Positions 18,917 through 27,897 of a stretch of 64,000 bases of DNA are shown here, one piece after another. The DNA comes from Candidatus Helarchaeota archaeon (GTDB taxonomy: Archaea; Asgardarchaeota; Lokiarchaeia; Helarchaeales; RDOG01), in NCBI GenBank assembly GCA_019058315.1, contig JAHPZH010000002.1, positions 352,001 to 416,000 on the forward strand. The letters run 5' to 3'. Numbering within the stretch: the first letter of the stretch is position 1; each line of letters begins with the position of its first letter. The translations under genes were made by a program, and so were the position numbers. Under the pieces are notes generated by a model that made no database searches, had not been told where the DNA came from, and saw only the letters and a program-made list of their open reading frames with translations.

Positions 18917-19714
18917 ATGCAAATCAATTTCGAATATGGGGTTTTTTTCACGCTGAATAAAATAACTGGCTTTTCAATTTTTACAGATCCGTTGAATCTT
19001 TTCCAATTGCTAATATTATTGTCTGCAATGATATTTGGGATTTATGTTCTACATATTATATGGAAAGAATATAAAAGAACGAATAGTACCAATTCATTAA
19101 TCTTCTACGTTGCCGGAGTAATTATGTTAATTTCCGGTATTAGCATAACAACTGCAAAATTATGTTATGCAACGTTCGGGTGGCCTGAAATTGGAAGAAT
19201 ATTTGTTGGAATAAGCTGGGGCATAGCTATTTCAGGAATGATCTTTTATAATATATTTGCTTTACGTTCCACATTTCCAAAAAGGGTTAATGTATTAACT
19301 TCAATTATTATAGCAATATCATTTCTTTGTATATTAGTTCTGAATTATGCTATTTATATAGAACCGCCATTAGTATACACTGATCCAATTGATTTTGAAG
19401 ATCGATTCAGCTTAATAGTTTTATTGGTAATTTATTGCACTTTTATACCTGTTTCATTACTTCCTCCTTTGGTTTTTTCCTATTATTCAATAAAAATAAG
19501 AAATGAAGATAGAGCAAAAAGTAATTTGGCAATTTTCTTTGTAATAGGACTTCTTTGTATAGCTCTGGGTGTAATAAATGAGATAGGGCTTATTTATATC
19601 TTTATATTAGAAGTTATTTTCCGGTTCTTTATCTTGGCATATCCTATAGTGTTTTATTTTATCTTTGCTATGCCTGATTGGTTCAGAGAAAAACTTGGAT
19701 TAAAAAAAGAGTAA
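18917..19714 (+). CDS. Seven-transmembrane protein of unknown function
   Basis: About seven hydrophobic helices with short loops; ends 'FAMPDWFREKLG'. Confidence 0.7.
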   Translation: MQINFEYGVFFTLNKITGFSIFTDPLNLFQLLILLSAMIFGIYVLHIIWKEYKRTNSTNSLIFYVAGVIMLISGISITTAKLCYATFGWPEIGRIFVGISWGIAISGMIFYNIFALRSTFPKRVNVLTSIIIAISFLCILVLNYAIYIEPPLVYTDPIDFEDRFSLIVLLVIYCTFIPVSLLPPLVFSYYSIKIRNEDRAKSNLAIFFVIGLLCIALGVINEIGLIYIFILEVIFRFFILAYPIVFYFIFAMPDWFREKLGLKKE

Positions 19715-19892
19715 CCCTACTAAGCAGCAGAATATATCAAATTTTCTAAATTATTTTCTTATACATGACTTAGATATTCTTGATTCATTATTAGTTTTGC
19801 TAATGTCTATCATCGAATTTTCTGATATCTTTTTATTCGCTTTTTTTTTTGTTTATTAAAAAAAGGTTTAAAAATTAAAAGATGTGAACTAA

Positions 19893-21185
19893 ATGACAGA
19901 AAAGGTAGATCATTATCCTATGTGGAAAAATTTAGGTCTTGATCTTGAAAAACATGATCAATTATTAGCAATATTGCCTGATATTTACAAAAAAATTTAT
20001 ATCGAGACTCAAAAAAATCGTCCCGACATGAGTTTCTGGGACTTTGTTGTCGGAGATATACATGGAATTAGAATCAAAGAATTAAAAGAAGCAAAAGAAA
20101 AAGGTCAAAAAATTCTAGGTACATTTTGCCTTTATGTTCCAGATGAATTAATATTTGCAGTTAATGCAATTTCGGTAGGGCTTTGTGGGGGAACGAATTT
20201 CTCTAATTATGCTGCAGAAGGAATAGTTCCACCAAACCTTTGTCCATTAATAAAATCTGCCTTAGGTTTTGCTCTAGGAAATATTTGTCCCTATTTCAAT
20301 TCTCTAAACTTATTGGTTGGAGAAACAACATGTGATGGAAAGAAAAAAGCTTGGGAAGTTATGGAAAAATATTTCCCTTGTGAGTTATATGTTGTGGAAA
20401 TTCCCCAATGCAAAGACCGACCACAAGCAAGAGAGCATTGGATTGCAGAACTAAAAGCATTAGTTAAAAAGTTGGAAAATCTGACTAGTAATAAACTTAC
20501 GTTTGAGAATCTAAAAGCGGCAATGGAAAAAATAGAAAATAAAAGAAATCAAATTAGAAGAGTTTATCAAGCAAGAAAAGCCGATCCTCCTCCTATATCT
20601 GGAAAAGACGCCCTTTTAGTATCACAAGTTGCGTTCTATGATGATCCCGATAGAGAAATTCAAATGGTTGGGAAGCTTGCAGATGAATTGGAAAAGAGAA
20701 TAAGAGATGGGGTTGGTGTAGTTAAAAAAAGTACTAAAAGAATTTTGATTTCTGGAACTCCTATGGCGATACCAAACTGGAAATTACATCAAATAATAGA
20801 AACTAGTGGGGCTATTGTGGTTTGCGAAGAAACTTGCACTGGAACAAGATATTTTGACGCTAAACTGGAAATTACTGGAAAAACGTTAGAAGGATTGATC
20901 GGAAATTTGGCTGAGAGGTATTTAAATATTAATTGTGCTTGTTTCACTCCTAATGAAGCAAGAACTGAGGATATAAAAAGACTTGTAAAAGAATACAAAG
21001 CCGATGGTGTAGTTCTATATTCATTATCATTCTGTCAGCCTTATATAATCGAATCAATCGCCATTGAAAAAAAATTAAAAGAAATAGGAATCCCAACAAT
21101 CTCAATTGAAACCGATTACTCAAGCGAAGATGAGGGACAATTAAAGACCCGAATAGAAGCATTCCTAGAAATGATTAAAAAATAA
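19893..21185 (+). CDS. Double-cubane-cluster reductase (DCCP)-like member of the 2-hydroxyacyl-CoA dehydratase family
   Basis: 'HGIRIKEL', 'GTFCLYVP', 'GLCGG', 'LCPLIKS', 'CPYF', 'GETTCDGKKK', 'EETCTG', 'NCACFTPN', 'FCQPY', 'ETDYS..D.GQLKTRIEAF'. Confidence 0.82.
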   Translation: MTEKVDHYPMWKNLGLDLEKHDQLLAILPDIYKKIYIETQKNRPDMSFWDFVVGDIHGIRIKELKEAKEKGQKILGTFCLYVPDELIFAVNAISVGLCGGTNFSNYAAEGIVPPNLCPLIKSALGFALGNICPYFNSLNLLVGETTCDGKKKAWEVMEKYFPCELYVVEIPQCKDRPQAREHWIAELKALVKKLENLTSNKLTFENLKAAMEKIENKRNQIRRVYQARKADPPPISGKDALLVSQVAFYDDPDREIQMVGKLADELEKRIRDGVGVVKKSTKRILISGTPMAIPNWKLHQIIETSGAIVVCEETCTGTRYFDAKLEITGKTLEGLIGNLAERYLNINCACFTPNEARTEDIKRLVKEYKADGVVLYSLSFCQPYIIESIAIEKKLKEIGIPTISIETDYSSEDEGQLKTRIEAFLEMIKK

Positions 21186-21290
21186 AATTATTATTTTTTT
21201 TCTAATTTTTCTAATATTTCTTGTTCAGTAAAAACAAATTTATCTGGAATCTTATTTTTCTGTTTCCTATTTTTTAGATTATTGTGTTTT

Positions 21291-21307
21291 ATATCTTAAT
21301 TTGACAT
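21291..21307. promoter_or_regulatory. Palindromic operator candidate ATATC-TTAATTT-GACAT
   Basis: TTATATC-N7-GACATAA about 107 nt upstream of the ORF at 21415. Confidence 0.5.
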
Positions 21308-21414
21308 AAATTTTTAAAAATTTAGAAATAATTCAAGAATTGTTAATAATTTGAGTTATATCTAAAATTTACTAATATTTTAAAATTCTAAATTATTCAA
21401 AATCAATATTTAAG

Positions 21415-22665
21415 GTGTTTTTATTGGCTTGGCATGAAAAGGTAAAAGAAATAAAAGAAAGAAGACTTAAGGAATTGGAAGGTGTTGATATAAAAAGTAT
21501 ACTAGCCGCTGGTGATAAAGAAATTTATAATACAATCCCAGATAGTGTATTTTCCAAACCTTATCTACCTTTATGTACACAAGTTTGGAAATTTTTTAAG
21601 TATATGGATTGGCATTACTTTGATAGTATCTATGCCGATTTTGCAGAAGCATGCCTTGATGAACTAGTTTTGCGGATGGAGGAAGCAATTGAGGTCTCTA
21701 AAGCTTACTCAGAAGGTAAATTGAAAGATCCTAAGAAAACAATATGTTATTGGATTTTACCACCAGTTCTAGTTGTCAGGGCAGATTTAATACAGGGTGC
21801 GATCAGGCTTGTGTATGGAAACTCGGCTGATATAACCTTCATGGGTGTCTCAGACTTCGATAAAGAAGTTCTTTTTGGAATAAACTTTCATTTCGAAAAT
21901 GGGCTTGCAACAAACTATTGGTATATGAAACCTGGTGATGAATTTCTCGATAAACGGCATATGAAACTGGGAACTAAACTTAAAGATTTGCCAAAAGAAA
22001 TACCCGACTTTCATGAAGCAGCAGGTAAAATCCGTGATATTTTATTAGATGTAAGAAATATTCAAGATCCTAATCATGCTCAATCTGCATACAATGTATG
22101 TTTATTTTTAATGTCAGCAGGTCCAAATAATGGTGTTTTTGTAAGTAATTTCGATGAATACAGCTTCATGTGGGAGGGAATTAACAGTTATAAATTGAAT
22201 GAGGAATGTAAAACTGACATTTTAAAAGACACTATCCAATTTTATGAGCCATGGCCACCAATTTTCCTTCAGCTTACCCGTTTAAAAAGAGATCTCTGGA
22301 TAAAACGGATTTCAGGTCTTCTAATTGACAAACAACTCTATTGTCAATACGTATTGAACAAGAAACTCTTTGATATTTTACCAGTAAAAGAAGTACTTGA
22401 AAAAGATTGGGAAGAAGGTGTTCCTACTCCCGCTCAAACTATTGCCCATGAATTCTCAGATTATAAAAATTGGCGATTTGGTTATAAATTACCAGAAGGA
22501 CCTCGTATTCACTATGAAGATTTCGGTTTATCTCTTAAAGAAGCTATGGGAGGTTTTTTAACAGATATAACTTGGCAAACTGAACCACCCTTTACAAGAG
22601 ATAATTTAATTTCCATTGGTCATGGATTAAATACAAAAATTATAAAAAAGGATGAAGAGACTTAA
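21415..22665 (+). CDS. Hypothetical protein, paralog of 22918..24084 (acr-associated unknown family)
   Basis: Long ORF; shares PPVLxVRxDL, YGNSxDITF, RHMKLG, DILxDVRN, SAY, EEGVPTP with its neighbour. Confidence 0.85.
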   Translation: MFLLAWHEKVKEIKERRLKELEGVDIKSILAAGDKEIYNTIPDSVFSKPYLPLCTQVWKFFKYMDWHYFDSIYADFAEACLDELVLRMEEAIEVSKAYSEGKLKDPKKTICYWILPPVLVVRADLIQGAIRLVYGNSADITFMGVSDFDKEVLFGINFHFENGLATNYWYMKPGDEFLDKRHMKLGTKLKDLPKEIPDFHEAAGKIRDILLDVRNIQDPNHAQSAYNVCLFLMSAGPNNGVFVSNFDEYSFMWEGINSYKLNEECKTDILKDTIQFYEPWPPIFLQLTRLKRDLWIKRISGLLIDKQLYCQYVLNKKLFDILPVKEVLEKDWEEGVPTPAQTIAHEFSDYKNWRFGYKLPEGPRIHYEDFGLSLKEAMGGFLTDITWQTEPPFTRDNLISIGHGLNTKIIKKDEET

Positions 22666-22917
22666 TTTTTTTCAGGTATTATTCTGTAATAATCCTTCTA
22701 GCATATATCACAGAATGTAAAATTTATTAATAGAAATTATAATGATAATAAAATTCTTAGGATGAAAAAATATATTTTTTATATAGAGTTTAAATAATAA
22801 GTTTTATTAAATTCAAAAAAACACTATTTAATCAAAATAAAAAATCGAAAGCCACTCACATAAAAAATATAAATTTTAATTAGAATACATAAAAAAAATA
22901 AAAAGGAGATAGTATAA

Positions 22918-24084
22918 TTGACTCATACTTATGGAGAGATACCAGATGACGTTGTGACGAAACGTTTCGTTCCCTTGGCAGAAAATTTATATTCATTATT
23001 TCAGGAACTAGGTTGGGATTATTTCTATGAAGAATTTACAGATAAAGGCACTCAATTTTTCGAGAAAGTCCCAGATTTTTTAAGTGATAAATTTCAAAGG
23101 GCAGTAACGACAGCTAAAAAGGTTATAGACGGATCAATACCAACACCTGAGAATGTATTTACAACATTCTTCTTTCCCCCTGTGTTATATGTACGAACTG
23201 ATCTACAAATGGGCAGTACTAAACTTATCTATGGAAATTCGACTGACATTACATTTATTGTCATGAATGATATGAATTATAATTTGGAACTCTTAATAAA
23301 TGCACACATGGAGGATGGAATTCCAGTAGATTATTGGTTCATTAAAAGTGGTGACGAAGTCTTTGATAGAAGACATATGAAGCTTGGTTTTAGACTTGCA
23401 GAGATTCCTTCAAAAACAAAGGACTTTTTCAAAAGTGGGCTTCGTATATTGGATATTTTAAGAGATGTTAGAAATGAACGAAGTCCACAATGGTCCGATT
23501 CTGCATATTCCATGGCAATGAATTGGGCTGGTGGATCAACCAACATGTTCATGGAGTCATCAAGTTACAATGTACTCGGACAACTTTGGGATGGTGTAAA
23601 CGCTAAAAAGGAATATGGTATGCCCGATATGTACTTTGGATACATCCCTTACCCTCCGATATTGAAGATGCTACTATCAATGGGACGTCCAGAGTTCATG
23701 ATAAGAATTGAAGGTTTGCTAAGTCATAATCGCTTATTTATTCATGCATATGAACCTGAACACTATGAATTTATGAAATTCATCTCACCAGAAGCATTAG
23801 AATGGAGCTTTAGGAAAATGAAGGAAGAAGGTGTGCCAACTCCTAGACAGTCTTTAGGTTGCCATGTACCTAAATTAAAAGATAAAAAAACATATAAAAA
23901 TGAAGAGTTCGGATTTGTATACCCCGAAGGAACAAGAATAATGCCTTACGAATGGGGCCTAACAGATGATGAAGCATTCAGCGGAATTTATACCGATATT
24001 TCACATGAAACTCCGTCGGAACCATTTTATGGGAAGGAACATGTAGTCAATATAGGCGTCGGTAAAGACGTGAGACCAATTTAA
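22918..24084 (+). CDS. Hypothetical protein, paralog of 21415..22665 (acr-associated unknown family)
   Basis: TTG start after AGGAG; full-length colinear similarity to the upstream gene. Confidence 0.85.
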   Translation: MTHTYGEIPDDVVTKRFVPLAENLYSLFQELGWDYFYEEFTDKGTQFFEKVPDFLSDKFQRAVTTAKKVIDGSIPTPENVFTTFFFPPVLYVRTDLQMGSTKLIYGNSTDITFIVMNDMNYNLELLINAHMEDGIPVDYWFIKSGDEVFDRRHMKLGFRLAEIPSKTKDFFKSGLRILDILRDVRNERSPQWSDSAYSMAMNWAGGSTNMFMESSSYNVLGQLWDGVNAKKEYGMPDMYFGYIPYPPILKMLLSMGRPEFMIRIEGLLSHNRLFIHAYEPEHYEFMKFISPEALEWSFRKMKEEGVPTPRQSLGCHVPKLKDKKTYKNEEFGFVYPEGTRIMPYEWGLTDDEAFSGIYTDISHETPSEPFYGKEHVVNIGVGKDVRPI

Positions 24085-24262
24085 TTAATTCTATATTTTA
24101 ACAACCAATATTTTTTCTTTTAATTATTTAATTCCTTGGAAGAGGACTTAGTATTTCTTTATTAGGAAAAAGATCTTTTTATTTACTTATCTATTTATTA
24201 AAAAATTTAATAAAATAATAGCTATTTTCTCTTGTCCTAGTTTTTTATCATTTATTTTTATT

Positions 24263-24279
24263 ATGTCTATATTTGACAT
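24263..24279. promoter_or_regulatory. Palindromic operator candidate ATGTC-TATATTT-GACAT upstream of acrA
   Basis: Perfect 7-bp arms TTATGTC-N7-GACATAA (24261..24281), about 134 nt upstream of the acrA ATG. Confidence 0.6.
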
Positions 24280-24413
24280 AAACATTTTTGAAAAAAAAAT
24301 CGTCTAAAGATTAACCAAGATTTAGTTTAATAGTCGGAATTTTCATTTATTATTGTTAAAAAATAATGAAGTTAGAGCAATTTATCTAATTTAAATAATT
24401 TTAAGGCGATTGT

Positions 24414-26213
24414 ATGTCAAAAGAAGGAAAAAAATCTGAGAAAACAATTCGAGAGATAGATTATGGCTATGATCTTTTCTCAATAGCAAAAAAATTTCTT
24501 CCAGTTGAACAGGAACGTGTTGTTTATAAGACAATGCAAAAGGTCTTTGGCGTAAATCCATTAGCTCCTAGAGACAACTCTATGTATCGCAGAGGTGGAT
24601 TTAAACAAAATAAAAGAAAAGTAGAATTCATGAAAGCTGCTAAAAAAATTGCCAAAGAGAGAGGAATTCCCATGTATAATCGTGCAGTCGGAATTCCACT
24701 TGGACAAAGAGCGTTAGAGCCATATCTAATATCTGGTACAGATACTTTTGTTGATTTTGATGATGTTCATCATGTTAATAACGCTGCCATCCAACAGATG
24801 GTAGATGATATTAAAAGAACCGTAATTATCAATCTTGATATTCCACATCGTGTTCTCCAAGTTAGAGCAGGAAAGGAGATTACACCTGAAACTGTAAATC
24901 TTTACTTAGAAACTATTCAGCACACCATGGCAGGAGGTGCTGTAGCCCAAGAGCATATGGCTGAAATAAATCCTGGATTAACATTTGATGGATATGCGAA
25001 GGTAATCACAGGAGATGATGAAATACGGGACATGCTCGACAAGAGATTTTTATTAGATATTGATAATTTATTCCATCCAAGTCGGGTTGAACAATTAAAA
25101 AGAGCAATTGGTAGCACAATGTTTTTACTTGCCCGAGTTCCAACCATAGCGGTTCGGATGGCAGATGGTGGAGTTGTATATCGATGGGCTGCAATGCAAT
25201 CTACTATGGCATTTGTTGCAAGTTACCGATTAACAGGAGAAAGCATTATCTCAGATTTAGCTTATGCTGCAAAAAGTGCACAGCTTGTCCAGATGGGTGA
25301 AAGAACGTGGTTTGCGAGAGCAAGGAGTCAAAATGAAATAGGTGGAATACCATTTGGCTATATGAATGACTTTATGCAATCAGATTCTCGACTTCCAGCA
25401 AAACCGTTCCTAAGGGTCATACATGAAGATGGCGTTGATGTGGCAAGAGAATATATAGGTGCATTAACAAAAGGCCTTGGTGCTATTGGGGCAGTTTTGA
25501 CTGAACAATATTGGTTAAGTTTTTATATGTCTGGAGGTATTGGATTTGCCACCACAGTTGCAAGCGCAGGATATTGTGGTAATGTATTAGAAGAATTCAC
25601 TGACCAAACTACGGAAATTCTTGCAAAATATGGCAAGGTGCTTAAAGTCAAACCAAATTGGGATACAGTCCGTTGGGTTATTGATCTTATTATACAATAT
25701 TGCATGGAGACCTATGAAAAATATCCATCATTGACCGAATATCATTGGGGTGGTGCACATAGAATATCAGTAATTGGGAACCTTTCAGCGACTGTAGCTT
25801 CTTTATTAACAGGCTCTTCAACTTTAGGCTGTATGGCTATGCATTATTCAATAGGTTTGTTAATGAAGGAAGGTTGGTTAAGAACGGGTTGGGCAGGTCA
25901 AGAAGTCCAAGATCACGTGGGTATCGCTTATCTTTGTAGTCCCAGAATAGAGGAAGGAGTCTTTCCAGAACTTAGAGGCATGAATTATCCTGTTGCAAGC
26001 TTTACTGCTGGTCATGCTAGCGGATATATTGGCGCTGCGGCAGGAACTGCTCTTCATAGGGGTCAACCTTGGTCAACTTCTCCTATAGTCAAAGCCGCAT
26101 TTGCAGATCCTCATTTAATATTTGATTTCGCAGAACCAAGGCTAGCAATTGCTAAAGCGTGTTTGAGAGAATTCAAACCCGCAGGTGAACGAGATCTAAT
26201 TATTCCAACATAA
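24414..26213 (+). CDS. mcrA: Methyl/alkyl-coenzyme M reductase alpha subunit, divergent ACR type
   Basis: 'ERGIPMYN', 'GIPLGQR', 'DDVHHVNNAAIQQMVDDIKRT', 'EITPETVNLYLE', 'AVAQEHMAE', 'RARSQNEIGG', 'YMSGGIGF', 'PELRGMNYP', 'AFADP', 'EFKPAGER'. Confidence 0.96.
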   Translation: MSKEGKKSEKTIREIDYGYDLFSIAKKFLPVEQERVVYKTMQKVFGVNPLAPRDNSMYRRGGFKQNKRKVEFMKAAKKIAKERGIPMYNRAVGIPLGQRALEPYLISGTDTFVDFDDVHHVNNAAIQQMVDDIKRTVIINLDIPHRVLQVRAGKEITPETVNLYLETIQHTMAGGAVAQEHMAEINPGLTFDGYAKVITGDDEIRDMLDKRFLLDIDNLFHPSRVEQLKRAIGSTMFLLARVPTIAVRMADGGVVYRWAAMQSTMAFVASYRLTGESIISDLAYAAKSAQLVQMGERTWFARARSQNEIGGIPFGYMNDFMQSDSRLPAKPFLRVIHEDGVDVAREYIGALTKGLGAIGAVLTEQYWLSFYMSGGIGFATTVASAGYCGNVLEEFTDQTTEILAKYGKVLKVKPNWDTVRWVIDLIIQYCMETYEKYPSLTEYHWGGAHRISVIGNLSATVASLLTGSSTLGCMAMHYSIGLLMKEGWLRTGWAGQEVQDHVGIAYLCSPRIEEGVFPELRGMNYPVASFTAGHASGYIGAAAGTALHRGQPWSTSPIVKAAFADPHLIFDFAEPRLAIAKACLREFKPAGERDLIIPT

Positions 26214-26294
26214 TTTCAAAGTTTATTTAATCATTTTAATTTATTTAGCATAGAAATAACCTAGAAATGTGATTTAAAAAAAAGATGATAAAAA

Positions 26295-27896
26295 ATGGAA
26301 GATTTTATTGTTGTTAAAAACCTATTTAAAGAGTTTGAAAGAGGCTCCCCTGCTTATATTGATATAAGCTTTACAATTAAAGAAGGAGCCTCATTTGGTA
26401 TTTTGGGTAAGTCAGGATCTGGAAAAAGTGCTTTAATGCATGCACTTCGTGGCACTCCAGAATATAAACCGACGAAAGGAACAGTCATATATAGGATTTC
26501 TGCATGTCCTAATGATGATTGTCTTTATATCGATTACCCCTCATTAGCAAATTCAAGTTGCCCAAATTGCAACTCAACTTTGGAATTGAAAGAATTCGAT
26601 TTTTGGAAAGAGGCAGAAACTAACTCTCCCCTTTTTCGCGCACTTTATAATCGAATATCAATTATGTTGCAACGTACGTTCGCACTTTACGGAGAACTAC
26701 CCGTATTAGCAAATCTAACTGAGGCTCTAGAAAAAGCAGGCGTTCCTGAAAGACGAAGAGAGGGTAAAGCAGCATTATTACTATCAAAAGTTAATTTAAC
26801 ACACCGTTCAATGCATATTGCCCGTGACTTATCAGGAGGAGAAAAACAACGTGTAGTTTTCGCTATGAGTCTGGCGAAAAATCCACTTCTTTTCCTTGCA
26901 GATGAACCCACTGGAACACTTGATGTAATAACAAGTAAAAAAATCCATAAAACAATGAAGACGGCTGTTAATAAGGATAAACTTACGCTTATTGTGACTT
27001 CACATTGGCCACTTGCCGTTGAAGAATTAACATCAGAAGCAATATTATTAGAGGATGGAAAAATTACGATGCATGCTGATTCTTCTGAAGTGGCTAAGAA
27101 GTTTTTAAGTCAAGTAGAAAAAGTAGAGAGGACAAAAAGAGAGTTTAAAAATAAAATTATGAAAGTTGAGAATTGTATTAAACATTATTACACATTTGAT
27201 AGGGGAATTATTAGAGCTGTAGATGGTGTCTCTCTTGATATTTATGAAAATGAGATTTTTGGGCTTGTTGGTCTTTCAGGTTCTGGAAAAACAACTCTGT
27301 CCCTAATGATGTGTGGTTTGAAAGATATTACAATGGGAAAAATCTGGGTCAATATAGGGGATGAATGGGTCGATATGAGCATCCCAGGTCCATATGAACG
27401 TGGTAGAGCTACAAATTATATGGACATTCTTCACCAAGAATATGCTCTCTATCCTCATTTGATAGTTCTACAAAATCTAACTGGGGCAATAGAATATCCG
27501 ATTCCAGAGGAAATGAAAACCAAAAAAGCTTATGACTCATTAAAGGCAGTAAATTTCACAAATGATGAAATTGAAAATATTCTCTATAAATTTCCAGAAC
27601 AAATTAGTGAAGGAGAACGACACCGAGTTGCCATTTCTCGAATTTTAATAAAAGAACCGAAAATTTTGTTTTTTGATGAGGCAACTGGAACTGCAGACCC
27701 ATTAACTCGGATGGAAATAGTACGTTCAATAAAAAAATCCCGTGATGACCTTAATCAAACATATGTCATAATAAGTCATGATATTGATTTTGTCTTAGCT
27801 GCTTGTGATAGAGCAGCATTAATGAAAGATGGTCACGTTTTAAAAGTTGGAGAACCCGCGGAGATCATAGAATATTTTAAAGAGGTAGAGAAATAA
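26295..27896 (+). CDS. atwA: Methyl-CoM reductase system component A2 (tandem ABC ATPase)
   Basis: Two Walker A motifs (GKSGSGKS, GLSGSGKT), Cys insert CPNDDC..CPNC, 'IMLQRTFALY', 'HIARDLSGGEKQR', 'GDEWVDM', 'LHQEY', 'SEGERHRVA'; no TM partner. Confidence 0.93.
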   Translation: MEDFIVVKNLFKEFERGSPAYIDISFTIKEGASFGILGKSGSGKSALMHALRGTPEYKPTKGTVIYRISACPNDDCLYIDYPSLANSSCPNCNSTLELKEFDFWKEAETNSPLFRALYNRISIMLQRTFALYGELPVLANLTEALEKAGVPERRREGKAALLLSKVNLTHRSMHIARDLSGGEKQRVVFAMSLAKNPLLFLADEPTGTLDVITSKKIHKTMKTAVNKDKLTLIVTSHWPLAVEELTSEAILLEDGKITMHADSSEVAKKFLSQVEKVERTKREFKNKIMKVENCIKHYYTFDRGIIRAVDGVSLDIYENEIFGLVGLSGSGKTTLSLMMCGLKDITMGKIWVNIGDEWVDMSIPGPYERGRATNYMDILHQEYALYPHLIVLQNLTGAIEYPIPEEMKTKKAYDSLKAVNFTNDEIENILYKFPEQISEGERHRVAISRILIKEPKILFFDEATGTADPLTRMEIVRSIKKSRDDLNQTYVIISHDIDFVLAACDRAALMKDGHVLKVGEPAEIIEYFKEVEK

Positions 27897-27897
27897 A

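Noticed and set aside
18805-18951. N-terminal part of the 85-aa ORF 18694..18951
   Set aside because: Low-complexity AT-rich translation overlapping the start of the 7TM gene; only the part from the ATG at 18804 shows homology.
26295-27896. ABC transporter ATPase
   Set aside because: No permease nearby; the Cys insert and 'MLQRTFALY'/'GDEWVDM' motifs identify MCR component A2.
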